From: Lysobacterales bacterium
GTDB taxonomy: Bacteria > Pseudomonadota > Gammaproteobacteria > Xanthomonadales > SZUA-5
Length of the DNA: 64,000 bases
Assembly (NCBI GenBank): GCA_050250665.1
Contig: JBFWOF010000019.1
Location: forward strand, 10,455-74,454
Direction: 5' to 3'
Shown: positions 32,874 to 41,301 of the stretch, one piece after another
Layout: each line of letters begins with the position of its first letter
Numbering within the stretch: position 1 is the stretch's first letter
Program-made: the position numbers and the translations under genes
Notes under the pieces: generated by a model
Seen by the model: only the letters and a program-made list of their open reading frames with translations
Databases searched by the model: none
What the model was told of the DNA's origin: nothing

Positions 32874-32921
32874 GGCAGTGGCTCCCTGCTCTTCTTGACG
32901 TTTTACGTTTGACGTTTGACT
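32756..32921. repeat. AT-rich heptamer inverted repeat, (GTMAAAC)x4 arms, 23/26 complementary, about 110-bp spacer
   Basis: GTAAAACGTAAAACGTCAAACGTCAA (32756-32781) and TTGACGTTTTACGTTTGACGTTTGAC (32896-32921). Lies between the gspC stop and the GspD signal-peptide coding region; one arm encodes LTFDVLRFT. Confidence 0.85.
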
Positions 32922-32986
32922 TCCATCATCGGGGCGATCGGCTTGTGCCCCCGGAAATCCACGACCTGCTGTCGAACTCGTGAGCT

Positions 32987-33913
32987 TCATTGCGGCATCC
33001 GTATCGCCGGCAGCGTCTTTTCCGCGCCGTCACGACGGACGGTCAGGGTCACGGCTCCGGCGGTTTTCAGGGAATCCAGTGCGGCATAGCCGGCCTCGAT
33101 GCTGTCGAGTGGGCTGCCGTTGACGGCGGTGACGATGTCGTCGGGCTGCAATCCGGCTTCCGCCAGCTGGGCGCCGTAGGTATTCGAGCTGACCCGCACG
33201 CCGGCAAGCTTGCCGTCGATCATCACCGGCAGCACGCTGAAGGCCTTGGCGATGCTGCTGGGATCGGCGATGGCCTGCTGACGCACGGCTTCCCAGTCTA
33301 TCGGTGCGGTGACCATGGCCATGGGGTTGACGCTGCCCGGGGCCGAGGGCGTGATCGCGTTCAGACCGACCAGACCATTGGCGCCCGGCGTGACCACCGA
33401 GCGTGGATCGGGCTGGCGGTTGTTGCCGGCTGCCATGCCGGTACCCGGCTGGCGCAGACGCAGCACCTCGATCCGACCGGCGGCGTTCAGGACCACGCGA
33501 TCCGGGTAGATGGCCTGCACGTTGACGCCATTGCCGAACTGATCGCCGACCTTGTAGATCTTCTCGTTCTGCTGTTCGTCGGCGATGACGGCGCGTGCGA
33601 GTTGCTGATCATGGTGCGAATTGGTGCCGCGCAGCGTCAGCTTGAGCGCGGTGTCCGGGGCATCCGCATAGGCCCCGCCGGCCGGATCGACGACGCTGCC
33701 GAAGAGCCGGAACTGCGCCAGTGACAGTCGCGAATCGCCACCGGTGATGGTGCCCTTGGCCGGCAGCTCGGGCACGTACTCGGTTTCGGGCGTCAGCCAT
33801 TGCCATAGCAGACTGGTCACGCTGAGCAGCATCCACAGCGCCGCCAGAGCGATCACCAGCGCCGGCAGCCAGCGGCTCGTGGTCAGTCGCGGCAGGCTGA
33901 GGACAGCGCTCAT
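32987..33913 (-). CDS. gspC: type II secretion system protein GspC (TM + HR + PDZ)
   Basis: 308 aa. N-terminal TM WLPALVIALAALWMLLSV. C-terminal PDZ-like GVRVSSNTYGAQLAEAGLQPDDIVTAVNGSPLDS. Immediately upstream of gspD. Confidence 0.8.
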   Translation of the reverse strand: MSAVLSLPRLTTSRWLPALVIALAALWMLLSVTSLLWQWLTPETEYVPELPAKGTITGGDSRLSLAQFRLFGSVVDPAGGAYADAPDTALKLTLRGTNSHHDQQLARAVIADEQQNEKIYKVGDQFGNGVNVQAIYPDRVVLNAAGRIEVLRLRQPGTGMAAGNNRQPDPRSVVTPGANGLVGLNAITPSAPGSVNPMAMVTAPIDWEAVRQQAIADPSSIAKAFSVLPVMIDGKLAGVRVSSNTYGAQLAEAGLQPDDIVTAVNGSPLDSIEAGYAALDSLKTAGAVTLTVRRDGAEKTLPAIRMPQ

Positions 33914-33916
33914 GGT

Positions 33917-35311
33917 TCAGGACTCGCTGCTGTTGTCTGCAGGCGGCGTTGCCGCCGGCGCCGCACTGGCGCCTTCGGCCGTGGCCGGTTTGGGGCCGCG
34001 CCTGGAACCGCCACCGGAACCGCTGCGGCTGCGCCCGCCGTCACGGCCCCTGCCGCCACTGCCACTGCGGCCGCCGTCGCGACGCGGACCACCGGGCTTG
34101 CCGGAGCCGCGCGGCCGGGTCATCTTCAGCGGCGGCACATCGGCCAGCAGCTCGTTGGTGATCGGTTCCACCGGGATGCGCTGGCCGATGAAGGCCTCGA
34201 TATCCGGCAGACCGATGGCGTAGCGCTCGCAGGCAAAACTGATGGCATCGCCGCTGGCGCCGAAGCGTGCCGTGCGGCCGATGCGGTGCACATAGTCCTC
34301 GGCGTCCTGCGGCAGATCGTAGTTGAAGACGTGGCTGACATCCGGAATGTGCAGACCGCGCGCCGCGACATCGGTCGCGACCAGGATCGCCACTTCGCTG
34401 CGCTGGAAGCGCCCCAGCAGCGACTGCCGTTTGTGTTGCGGCACATCGCCGGACAGGATTGCACTGGGCAGCCCGTGTTTCTCCAGGCGCTCGTGGATCT
34501 GCTCGGCCGCAAACTTGGTGTTGACGAAGACGATCGTGCGCGGTGCGTCCATGCGCGACAGCAGACCCAGCAGTAGCGGCAGCTTCTCGTCAGTCGCCGG
34601 GAAGTACACGCGCTGGCTGACCCGCGCGGTCGTCACCGTATCGGTTTCGACCTTGAGCGTCTTCGGGCTGTTCATGTGCTCGTAGGCCAGCTCCAGCACC
34701 CGGTGCGAGAGCGTGGCCGAGAACAGCAGGCCCTGACGCTCGGCCGGCGGCGGCATCTTGCGCATCAGGTAGCGGATGTCCTTGATGAAGCCGAGATCGA
34801 ACATGCGATCGGCTTCGTCGAGCACCACGACTTCGATCGAGCGCAGGCTGAACACGTGCTGCTTGAGGTAATCCATCAGCCGCCCGGGCGTGCCGATCAG
34901 CACGTCGCAGCCTTCGGCAAACTGGGCGCGCTGCTTTTCGTAGTCCACACCGCCATAGACCAGCCCCAGGCGCAGGCCGGTCTGGCCGCCGAGCTGCACG
35001 GCATCCTTGTGGATCTGGATGGCCAGTTCGCGGGTGGGTGCAAGGATCACGGCGCGCGGATCCTGAATCCGTCGTTCCGGTCGAGCTTCGACCGACAACA
35101 GCCGCTGCATCAGGGTCACCAGGAATGCGGCGGTCTTGCCGGTGCCGGTCTGGGCCTGGCCGGCAACATCGAAATTCTTCAGGGTTTCCGGGAGCGTCAG
35201 CGCCTGAATCGGCGTCAGGCGGGTAAAGCCGGCGTCGTGCAGGCCTTGGGACAGGGTCGGGTGCAAGCCCAGGCTGTCGAAATCGAGATCAGTCAGTGTG
35301 CGTTCGGTCAT
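33917..35311 (-). CDS. rhlB: ATP-dependent DEAD-box RNA helicase RhlB
   Basis: Q motif [30 protein letters not shown]. Arg/Gly-rich C-terminal tail. Divergent from trxA-rho as in E. coli. Confidence 0.92.
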   Translation of the reverse strand: MTERTLTDLDFDSLGLHPTLSQGLHDAGFTRLTPIQALTLPETLKNFDVAGQAQTGTGKTAAFLVTLMQRLLSVEARPERRIQDPRAVILAPTRELAIQIHKDAVQLGGQTGLRLGLVYGGVDYEKQRAQFAEGCDVLIGTPGRLMDYLKQHVFSLRSIEVVVLDEADRMFDLGFIKDIRYLMRKMPPPAERQGLLFSATLSHRVLELAYEHMNSPKTLKVETDTVTTARVSQRVYFPATDEKLPLLLGLLSRMDAPRTIVFVNTKFAAEQIHERLEKHGLPSAILSGDVPQHKRQSLLGRFQRSEVAILVATDVAARGLHIPDVSHVFNYDLPQDAEDYVHRIGRTARFGASGDAISFACERYAIGLPDIEAFIGQRIPVEPITNELLADVPPLKMTRPRGSGKPGGPRRDGGRSGSGGRGRDGGRSRSGSGGGSRRGPKPATAEGASAAPAATPPADNSSES

Positions 35312-35628
35312 CTATCCATGCAGTCCATGTCGTGAAGCCGACACTGCGCGCGGATCAGCGCGTCTGCATGCCGGCATTGTCAGGCCCGTCGACAAATACC
35401 GCGACGGAGCCATGAAATCCTTTTCGATCAACACCTTGCCCCTATCCTCCTGAACTGCGTACAGTCCGCAAGTGGAACATCATGGGTTGAAAACGAACGA
35501 AGGAGTCACCACACTTCGCTCGCCCCAGCGACGTTCAACGCTGTCTCCCCCAGTGGCGGAGCCATCGCTGTAGACACTGGCCGGTGCGAGTTTATCCCAA
35601 TACACCCCTGTATAGCTGGAGTAGCGCA

Positions 35629-35955
35629 GTGAGCGAAGCCATTTCCCAACTGGGCAGCAGTGATTTCGATGCGTCGGTGTTGCAATCCGATATGCCGGTG
35701 CTGGTGGATTTCTGGGCCGAGTGGTGCGAACCGTGCAAACGCATGGATCCCTTGCTGAAGGAACTGGCGAGCGAACTGGAGGGCAAGGTCAAGGTGGCCA
35801 AGGTCAATGTCGAGGCCTTTCCTGCCATTGCCAACCAGTTTCGTGTGCGCGGCCTGCCGACCTTCATGATGTTCAAGAACGGCCAGGTGCATTCCACCCA
35901 GATCGGTGCCATCAGCAAGAGCCAGCTGGCGCAGTTTGTGGCCAAGGCGATCTGA
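35629..35955 (+). CDS. trxA: thioredoxin with non-canonical CEPC active site
   Basis: VSEAISQLGSSDFDASVLQSDMPVLVDFWAEWCEPCKRMDP... aligns colinearly with E. coli TrxA (from memory). GTG 35629 has GGAG 8 nt upstream; the track ORF opens at 35584. Confidence 0.9.
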   Translation: MSEAISQLGSSDFDASVLQSDMPVLVDFWAEWCEPCKRMDPLLKELASELEGKVKVAKVNVEAFPAIANQFRVRGLPTFMMFKNGQVHSTQIGAISKSQLAQFVAKAI

Positions 35956-35966
35956 GGCTGGTTGCT

Positions 35967-36147
35967 GGCAGCTGGCAAATAGCGGTTGGCGATTGGGGCG
36001 CGTTGCCTGTGCGACGAGGCGAAGGAGTCGCTCCCTGGCCTCGGCCCGAGGCGTGTCGCTGCGGGCTGCGTGTTTCAGCAGCACTCCGCCGCCACCCGTT
36101 CGGCTGCATGAAGCGCCCCAATCGCTACCGGCCATTTGCCAGTTGCC
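35967..36147. repeat. MITE-like 34-bp inverted repeat pair with 113-bp spacer in the trxA-rho spacer
   Basis: GGCAGCTGGCAAATAGCGGTTGGCGATTGGGGCG (35967-36000) versus CGCCCCAATCGCTACCGGCCATTTGCCAGTTGCC (36114-36147). About 28/34 complementary. Confidence 0.7.
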
Positions 36148-36229
36148 GCTCTCAACGCTAGACCTCGCCACATTCGGCATGCTAACTTTCCGTTCATAGC
36201 GCTCGCCGAACCCGGCTTGAGTGCAGTCT

Positions 36230-36350
36230 GCTCCGATATCCACGGCTCTCGATCGACGCACTGCGTCCGACTCGATGGTCTGATCGCGCGATCCGCGCAA
36301 ACTCCGCGTCACTCCTAACGCCCAATCTCAAGGCGCCTCTCAGCAAATCC
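36230..36350 (+). promoter_or_regulatory. C-rich/G-poor rho leader (possible rut-like autoregulatory region)
   Basis: ...CTCCGATATCCACGGCTCTCGATCGACGCACTGCGTCCGACTC...CAAACTCCGCGTCACTCCTAACGCCCAATCTCAAGGCGCCTCTCAGCAAATCCT directly upstream of the rho ATG. The C>G skew was judged by eye only. Confidence 0.3.
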
Positions 36351-36351
36351 T

Positions 36352-37617
36352 ATGCATCTATCCGAACTGAAGCGGAAATCCGTAGAAGAACTCCTGGAAA
36401 TGGCCGACGCGATGCAAATCGAAGGCGTCGCCCGGGCCCGCAAGCAGGAAGTCATCTTTGCCATCCTCAAGGCCCACGCCAAATCCGGAGAGTCCATTTC
36501 CGGCGAAGGCGTGCTGGAAATACTCCAGGACGGATTCGGCTTTCTGCGCGCCGTTGATACTTCCTATCTGGCCGGCCCCGATGATGTCTACATCAGCCCC
36601 AGCCAGATTCGCCGCTTCAATCTGCGTACCGGCGATTACATCCGCGGCAAGGTCCGACCCCCCAAGGAAGGCGAGCGCTATTTCGCCCTGCTCAAGGTGG
36701 ACGACATCAATGACGAGCCGCCGGAATCAAAGAAGAACCAGGTTCTGTTCGAGAACCTGACGCCCTACTACCCGACCGTGCGTTACAACCTGGAGCGCGG
36801 CAACGGTTCGGCCGAGGACATCACCGGACGGGTCATGGACCTGATGTCGCCGGTGGGCAAGGGCCAGCGTGGTCTGATCGTGTCGCCGCCCAAGGCCGGC
36901 AAGACGATGATGCTGCAGAACGTCGCCCAGGCGCTGATGGCCAACCATCCGGAAAGCCATCTGATCGTGCTGCTGATCGATGAGCGCCCGGAAGAAGTCA
37001 CCGAGATGCAGCGCATGGTGCGCACCGGTGAAGTCATCAGCTCCACCTTCGATGAACCGGCCGCCCGCCACGTGCAGGTCGCGGAAATGGTGATCGAACG
37101 GGCCAAACGTCTGGTCGAGCACAAGCGCGATGTCATCATCCTGCTCGATTCGATCACTCGTCTGGCGCGCGCCTACAACACCGTGGTGCCCTCATCGGGC
37201 AAGGTGCTGTCCGGCGGCGTCGACGCCAACGCCCTGCAGCGCCCGAAGCGCTTCTTCGGTGCCGCGCGCAAGGTCGAGGAAGGCGGTTCGCTGACCATTC
37301 TCGGTACGGCGCTGGTCGAAACCGGTTCGAAGATGGACGAGGTCATTTACGAAGAGTTCAAGGGCACCGGCAACATGGAAGTGCATCTGGAACGTCGTAT
37401 CGCCGAGAAGCGCATTTACCCCGCCATCAACATCAACCGCTCCGGCACCCGCCGCGAAGAGTTGCTGCTGGCCGCCGAACCGCTGCAGAAGATCTGGATC
37501 CTGCGCAAGCTGCTGCACTCGATGGACGAGACCGCGGCGATGGAATTCATGCTCGACAAGATGAAGAGCACCAAGTCCAACGACGAGTTCTTCCAGTCGA
37601 TGAAGCGGCAGGGCTGA
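36352..37617 (+). CDS. rho: transcription termination factor Rho
   Basis: 421 aa. [45 protein letters not shown]. Unmistakable. Confidence 0.97.
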   Translation: MHLSELKRKSVEELLEMADAMQIEGVARARKQEVIFAILKAHAKSGESISGEGVLEILQDGFGFLRAVDTSYLAGPDDVYISPSQIRRFNLRTGDYIRGKVRPPKEGERYFALLKVDDINDEPPESKKNQVLFENLTPYYPTVRYNLERGNGSAEDITGRVMDLMSPVGKGQRGLIVSPPKAGKTMMLQNVAQALMANHPESHLIVLLIDERPEEVTEMQRMVRTGEVISSTFDEPAARHVQVAEMVIERAKRLVEHKRDVIILLDSITRLARAYNTVVPSSGKVLSGGVDANALQRPKRFFGAARKVEEGGSLTILGTALVETGSKMDEVIYEEFKGTGNMEVHLERRIAEKRIYPAININRSGTRREELLLAAEPLQKIWILRKLLHSMDETAAMEFMLDKMKSTKSNDEFFQSMKRQG

Positions 37618-37624
37618 GGACGCG

Positions 37625-38040
37625 CAATCCCTGCCGAGCAAGCTCGGCACTACCAGAGCCTCGTACACCAGACGCTCTGGTAGAGCGGAGCCTGCTCCGC
37701 TGCTTCTGCCGGGCTTGTGCTTGGGCTGTTGTCGCATGCCCGAAGAGCCGCAGATCCTGCCGAGCAAGCTCGGCACTACCATAGCCTCGCACACCGACGC
37801 TCTGGTAGAGCGGAGCTTGCTCCGCTGCTCTGGCTGGGCTTTGGTTTTGGCTTTGGTGGGTCCAGACTTGTCTGGACGCTTCTGGGCGGGGTGCGCGGAG
37901 AGCGTCCAGACGAGTCTGGGCCTGCAATAGCCGCAGTTCCTGCCGAGCAAGCTCGGCACTACAAAGGCCTCGTAAACCGATGCTCTGGTAGAGCGGAGCT
38001 TGCTCCGCTGCCTAGGCTGGGCTTTGGCGATACGTGCTTG
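37625..38040. repeat. three ~105-bp tandem-like units (family H double hairpins) interrupted by a D REPIN (37856-37925)
   Basis: Each unit is CTGCCGAGCAAGCTCGGCACTAC...CTCTGGTAGAGCGGAGC(C/T)TGCTCCGCTGC. Units start near 37631, 37756 and 37940. Confidence 0.9.
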
Positions 38041-38047
38041 CCGAGCG

Positions 38048-39538
38048 TCAAACCTTCGCCATCGGGCAGTAGCGCTCGACGTATTCCTGGTGGGCGGGCA
38101 GTTGCCGCAGGCTCATGGCCACCTGTTTGCGGATGCCTTCGAGAAAGCCTGAGAGTTCGGCATCGCCCATCAGGTCGGCGACCGGATGGTGCTGCTCGGG
38201 GGTGATGCCCTGGCCGAGCATGACCTGGATCCAGGAATTCTCGGCGAAGAGCTCGTTCGGTACCCGGAAGACCCGACCGGTCTGGCGGAACAGCTCGATG
38301 CGGTGACGCAGGCTGGGTGGAATGTCGAGCTCGCGGCAGGCGCGCCAGAAGGGCGTGTCCTGGCGTTCGGTCACGTGGTAGTGCAGCACGATGAAATCGC
38401 GGATGTGCTCGATTTCGGCGCGGGTCTGCTGATTGTATTCGTCGATGTCGGTCTGACGGATGCCATTGCCGGGGAACATCTGCATCAGACGGATGATGCC
38501 GCGCTGGATCAGATGGATGCTGGTCGATTCCAGCGGCTCCAGAAAACCGCTGGACAGGCCGATGGCCACGCAGTTCCTGGCCCAGGTCTGCAGGCGCTGT
38601 CCGGGACGGAAGCGGATCACCCGCGGTTCGGTGCGGATCTGGCCCTCGATATTGCCCATCAGCGTGGCCCGCGCCTGCTCATCGTCGATATAGCGGCTGT
38701 TGTAGACCAGGCCATTGCCGACCCGGTGCTGCAGCGGAATCCGCCATTGCCAGCCGGCACCGTGGGCGATGGATCGGGTATAGGGCAGTGCCGGAGCGAC
38801 CGACTCGGTCTGCACCGCCACCGCGCTGTCGCAGAACAGCCAGTGTGACCAGTCCTCATAGCCGATGTTCAGCGTCTTCTCGATCAGCAGGGCGCGAAAA
38901 CCGGTGCAATCGATGAACAGATCGCCCTCGATCTCGGTTCCAGAATCGAGGCGCAGGCTGCGGATGTAGCCCGATTCGGCATCGGTGCGCACCTCGACGA
39001 TCTTGCCCTCGATGCGCTGGACGCCATAGCCCTCGCTGAACTGGCGCAGGAAGCGGGCGTAGAGACCGGCATCCAGATGAAATGCGTAGTTCATGCCACC
39101 GCGCGGCAAATGGGCGAAGCGACTCTCCAGCGCGGCCTTGAGCTCCAGGCAATAGTCGCCGTAGTCACCCGCCAGCCCGCGCTCGCGACCCTTGAGCCAG
39201 AAGTGCTGGAAGCCGGCAGTCCAGTGGTCGGTGCCGGTCAGGCCGAAGGAATGGATGTAGTCGAGGCCACGATCGCGCCAGTTCTCGAAGCGGATGCCGA
39301 GCTTGAAGGTGGCATTGGTTGCGGCCATGAACTGCTGCTCGTTGATATCGAGCAGACGGTGGAAGGTGACGAGGGTGGGGATGGTGGCTTCACCGACGCC
39401 GACGGTGGCGATTTCGTCAGACTCGATCAGCTTGATGTCCAGCTGTCGTCCAAGAATCTTCGATACCGCCGCCGCCGCCATCCAGCCGGCAGTGCCGCCT
39501 CCGGCGATGACGACGCGCTTGACCTTCTGAGCTTCCAT
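38048..39538 (-). CDS. tryptophan-halogenase-family flavoprotein (paralog 1)
   Basis: 496 aa. IAGGGTAGWMAA FAD fold. GVGEATIP. NATFKLGIRFENW. GWQWRIPLQHR (WxWxIP). GFLEPLESTS. Confidence 0.9.
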   Translation of the reverse strand: MEAQKVKRVVIAGGGTAGWMAAAAVSKILGRQLDIKLIESDEIATVGVGEATIPTLVTFHRLLDINEQQFMAATNATFKLGIRFENWRDRGLDYIHSFGLTGTDHWTAGFQHFWLKGRERGLAGDYGDYCLELKAALESRFAHLPRGGMNYAFHLDAGLYARFLRQFSEGYGVQRIEGKIVEVRTDAESGYIRSLRLDSGTEIEGDLFIDCTGFRALLIEKTLNIGYEDWSHWLFCDSAVAVQTESVAPALPYTRSIAHGAGWQWRIPLQHRVGNGLVYNSRYIDDEQARATLMGNIEGQIRTEPRVIRFRPGQRLQTWARNCVAIGLSSGFLEPLESTSIHLIQRGIIRLMQMFPGNGIRQTDIDEYNQQTRAEIEHIRDFIVLHYHVTERQDTPFWRACRELDIPPSLRHRIELFRQTGRVFRVPNELFAENSWIQVMLGQGITPEQHHPVADLMGDAELSGFLEGIRKQVAMSLRQLPAHQEYVERYCPMAKV

Positions 39539-39549
39539 CTCTGCTCCCT

Positions 39550-40554
39550 CTATCGATTCAGGCGCTTCAGCAGCCGCGCGCGCAGGCTGCGGGTGGCGTC
39601 GGCGTCCATGGTCGCGAGCACGCCGCGCGCGTGCGCGGGGATGTGCGCGGCGGTGTGCTCATCGGCGTCGAACACATAGTGGTCGAACATCTGCTGCCAG
39701 GCCTGACGCTCCACCGCCGGCAGATCGCGCACGATCATCAGTGCCAGCATCAACGCATTCATCGGCGTGTCCATATAGGCCGGCGATTGCCGCCACCAGT
39801 AGTTGAGCAGCACATTGAAGGGCTCCAGCGCCTCCACATGGTGCCACCACATGCTCGGTAACAGCAGCGCATCGCCGGCCTCCAGTTCGGCCACCCGGGC
39901 ATGCTTCAGGGCCTCGGCAAAGCGCGGGAAACGGGTCAGATCGGGTTCGGAAAAATCGACCAGACTGATGGCCTGCCCCGCGGGCGTGAAGTCCAGCGGA
40001 CCGACGTAGAGATTGCCGATCTGCGCCGGCGGGAACAGCGTGAAGCGGCGGCGGCCGGCGACCACGCAGGCGAGGTTGTCGGGCACATCGTGATGGGCGG
40101 CGATGCGGCTGCGGTTGCCGATCCAGATGCTGGCCAGCGGATTGCGATCGCCGAAATCGAGGTCATTGCCAGCGCGGAATCCGGGCAGACAGCTGTCCAC
40201 GGTGGTCGAGCCGACATAGATCGCCGGCGACGGATGCTGCTCGGCGCAGGCGCCGATCTGGTCCAGCACCTGATCCAGGCGCTGCCGCTCGACCCGGAAA
40301 TTGAAGCCGTTGAATTCGGAGTTGTAGAAGAAACGGCCATCGATGTCGGCATCGCCGTGCCAGGCCACCACCGGCTCGCCGCGGTAGAAACCCGCCAGAT
40401 AGCGCATCGCTGCGGCGGCGGATTCGCGCCCGGCGCGCACCGCCGGCCAATCTCTGACCAGTCCCCGCAGCAGCAGCGGTTCGCTGGAGCGCAGCAGGGA
40501 ATCGCCAAGCGCGGCGGGATCGTCCAGCTGCAGTTCGCGGATAGCCTCAGGCAT
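39550..40554 (-). CDS. cupin-like (JmjC/Cupin_8-type) protein
   Basis: 334 aa. NIWIGNRSRIAAHHDVPDNLACVVAGRRRFTLFPP and LPSMWWHHVE (His-containing beta-barrel motifs). Typical partner of SapC and Trp-halogenase genes next to TonB-dependent receptors. Confidence 0.85.
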   Translation of the reverse strand: MPEAIRELQLDDPAALGDSLLRSSEPLLLRGLVRDWPAVRAGRESAAAAMRYLAGFYRGEPVVAWHGDADIDGRFFYNSEFNGFNFRVERQRLDQVLDQIGACAEQHPSPAIYVGSTTVDSCLPGFRAGNDLDFGDRNPLASIWIGNRSRIAAHHDVPDNLACVVAGRRRFTLFPPAQIGNLYVGPLDFTPAGQAISLVDFSEPDLTRFPRFAEALKHARVAELEAGDALLLPSMWWHHVEALEPFNVLLNYWWRQSPAYMDTPMNALMLALMIVRDLPAVERQAWQQMFDHYVFDADEHTAAHIPAHARGVLATMDADATRSLRARLLKRLNR

Positions 40555-41257
40555 GGGCGGCGTGGAGACGCTGCTGGCGCTCGATCAGTTCGCGGAAATT
40601 CGACAGCGAGGCGATGGCCATGTAGATCGGCAGCAGATGACCGCTGCTTGCCAGCGCTTCCAGCTCGGCGCCTGGCAGCGCCTGCAGTCGTTCTTCGTTG
40701 ATGGTGTGGAATCCCACGAGGCGGTTCTGCGAGCCGTCGCCCAGTTCGATGTCGAGCACGAAGGATTCCAGCAGATCCAGTCGCATCAGGGCTTCGACGA
40801 AGGCCGGCGTGCTGGCGACGCCCTGATGGAGGGCCAGCAACAGGGAATTGATGCGGTCGAGGTACTCGGTGCTGCCGCCATGCGGCAGGAACACCGGCTC
40901 GCCCTCGCTGCTGCTGACGCGCGGGCTGTCCATGTCGATGTGGATCACGGCTTCGCCGCCACTCTGGCCGATCAGGAAGGGGGCTCTTTCGATCACCATC
41001 GGCACATAGCTGGCATCCCAGTGCTCGCCGTCCAGGAACAGATTCTGGCCCTCGCGGAAACCCAAGAGCGCCAGCGGCTGGAAACTCGCAGCGTCTGCCG
41101 ACTGCCGGAACACGATCGGGTAATGCGCCTGAATGCTGCGGAACTCGGCGGGAAAGGTCAGCGCGCACATCAGCCCGTCACCCAGTGCCGCGCTGCGGCC
41201 GGTCAGGATGCGCAGCGCCTTGTGGTCGATATTGTTCAGCAGTTGGTGTCTGGCCAT
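40547..41257 (-). CDS. SapC family protein
   Basis: 236 aa from ATG 41257 (MARHQLLNNIDHKALRI). AHYPIVFRQ, PLALLGF, YVPMVIERAPF. The upstream 101 codons of the track ORF overlap the neighbouring gene and are rejected. Confidence 0.85.
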   Translation of the reverse strand: MARHQLLNNIDHKALRILTGRSAALGDGLMCALTFPAEFRSIQAHYPIVFRQSADAASFQPLALLGFREGQNLFLDGEHWDASYVPMVIERAPFLIGQSGGEAVIHIDMDSPRVSSSEGEPVFLPHGGSTEYLDRINSLLLALHQGVASTPAFVEALMRLDLLESFVLDIELGDGSQNRLVGFHTINEERLQALPGAELEALASSGHLLPIYMAIASLSNFRELIERQQRLHAAHA

Positions 41258-41301
41258 GGTTGCGCTGGGTTTCCTGGGGCAATGGATTCGGCGGCGGGTG
41301 C

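Noticed and set aside
32874-32990. The ATGA-overlapped ATG at 32990 as the gspD start, which would give the 739-aa form in the ORF track.
   Set aside because: Not excluded, but it would put ~65 non-hydrophobic residues in front of the signal peptide. The internal ATGs at 32873 (with an AGGGAG Shine-Dalgarno) and 32798 fit an exported secretin better. This is kept as an open ambiguity, not as a separate feature.
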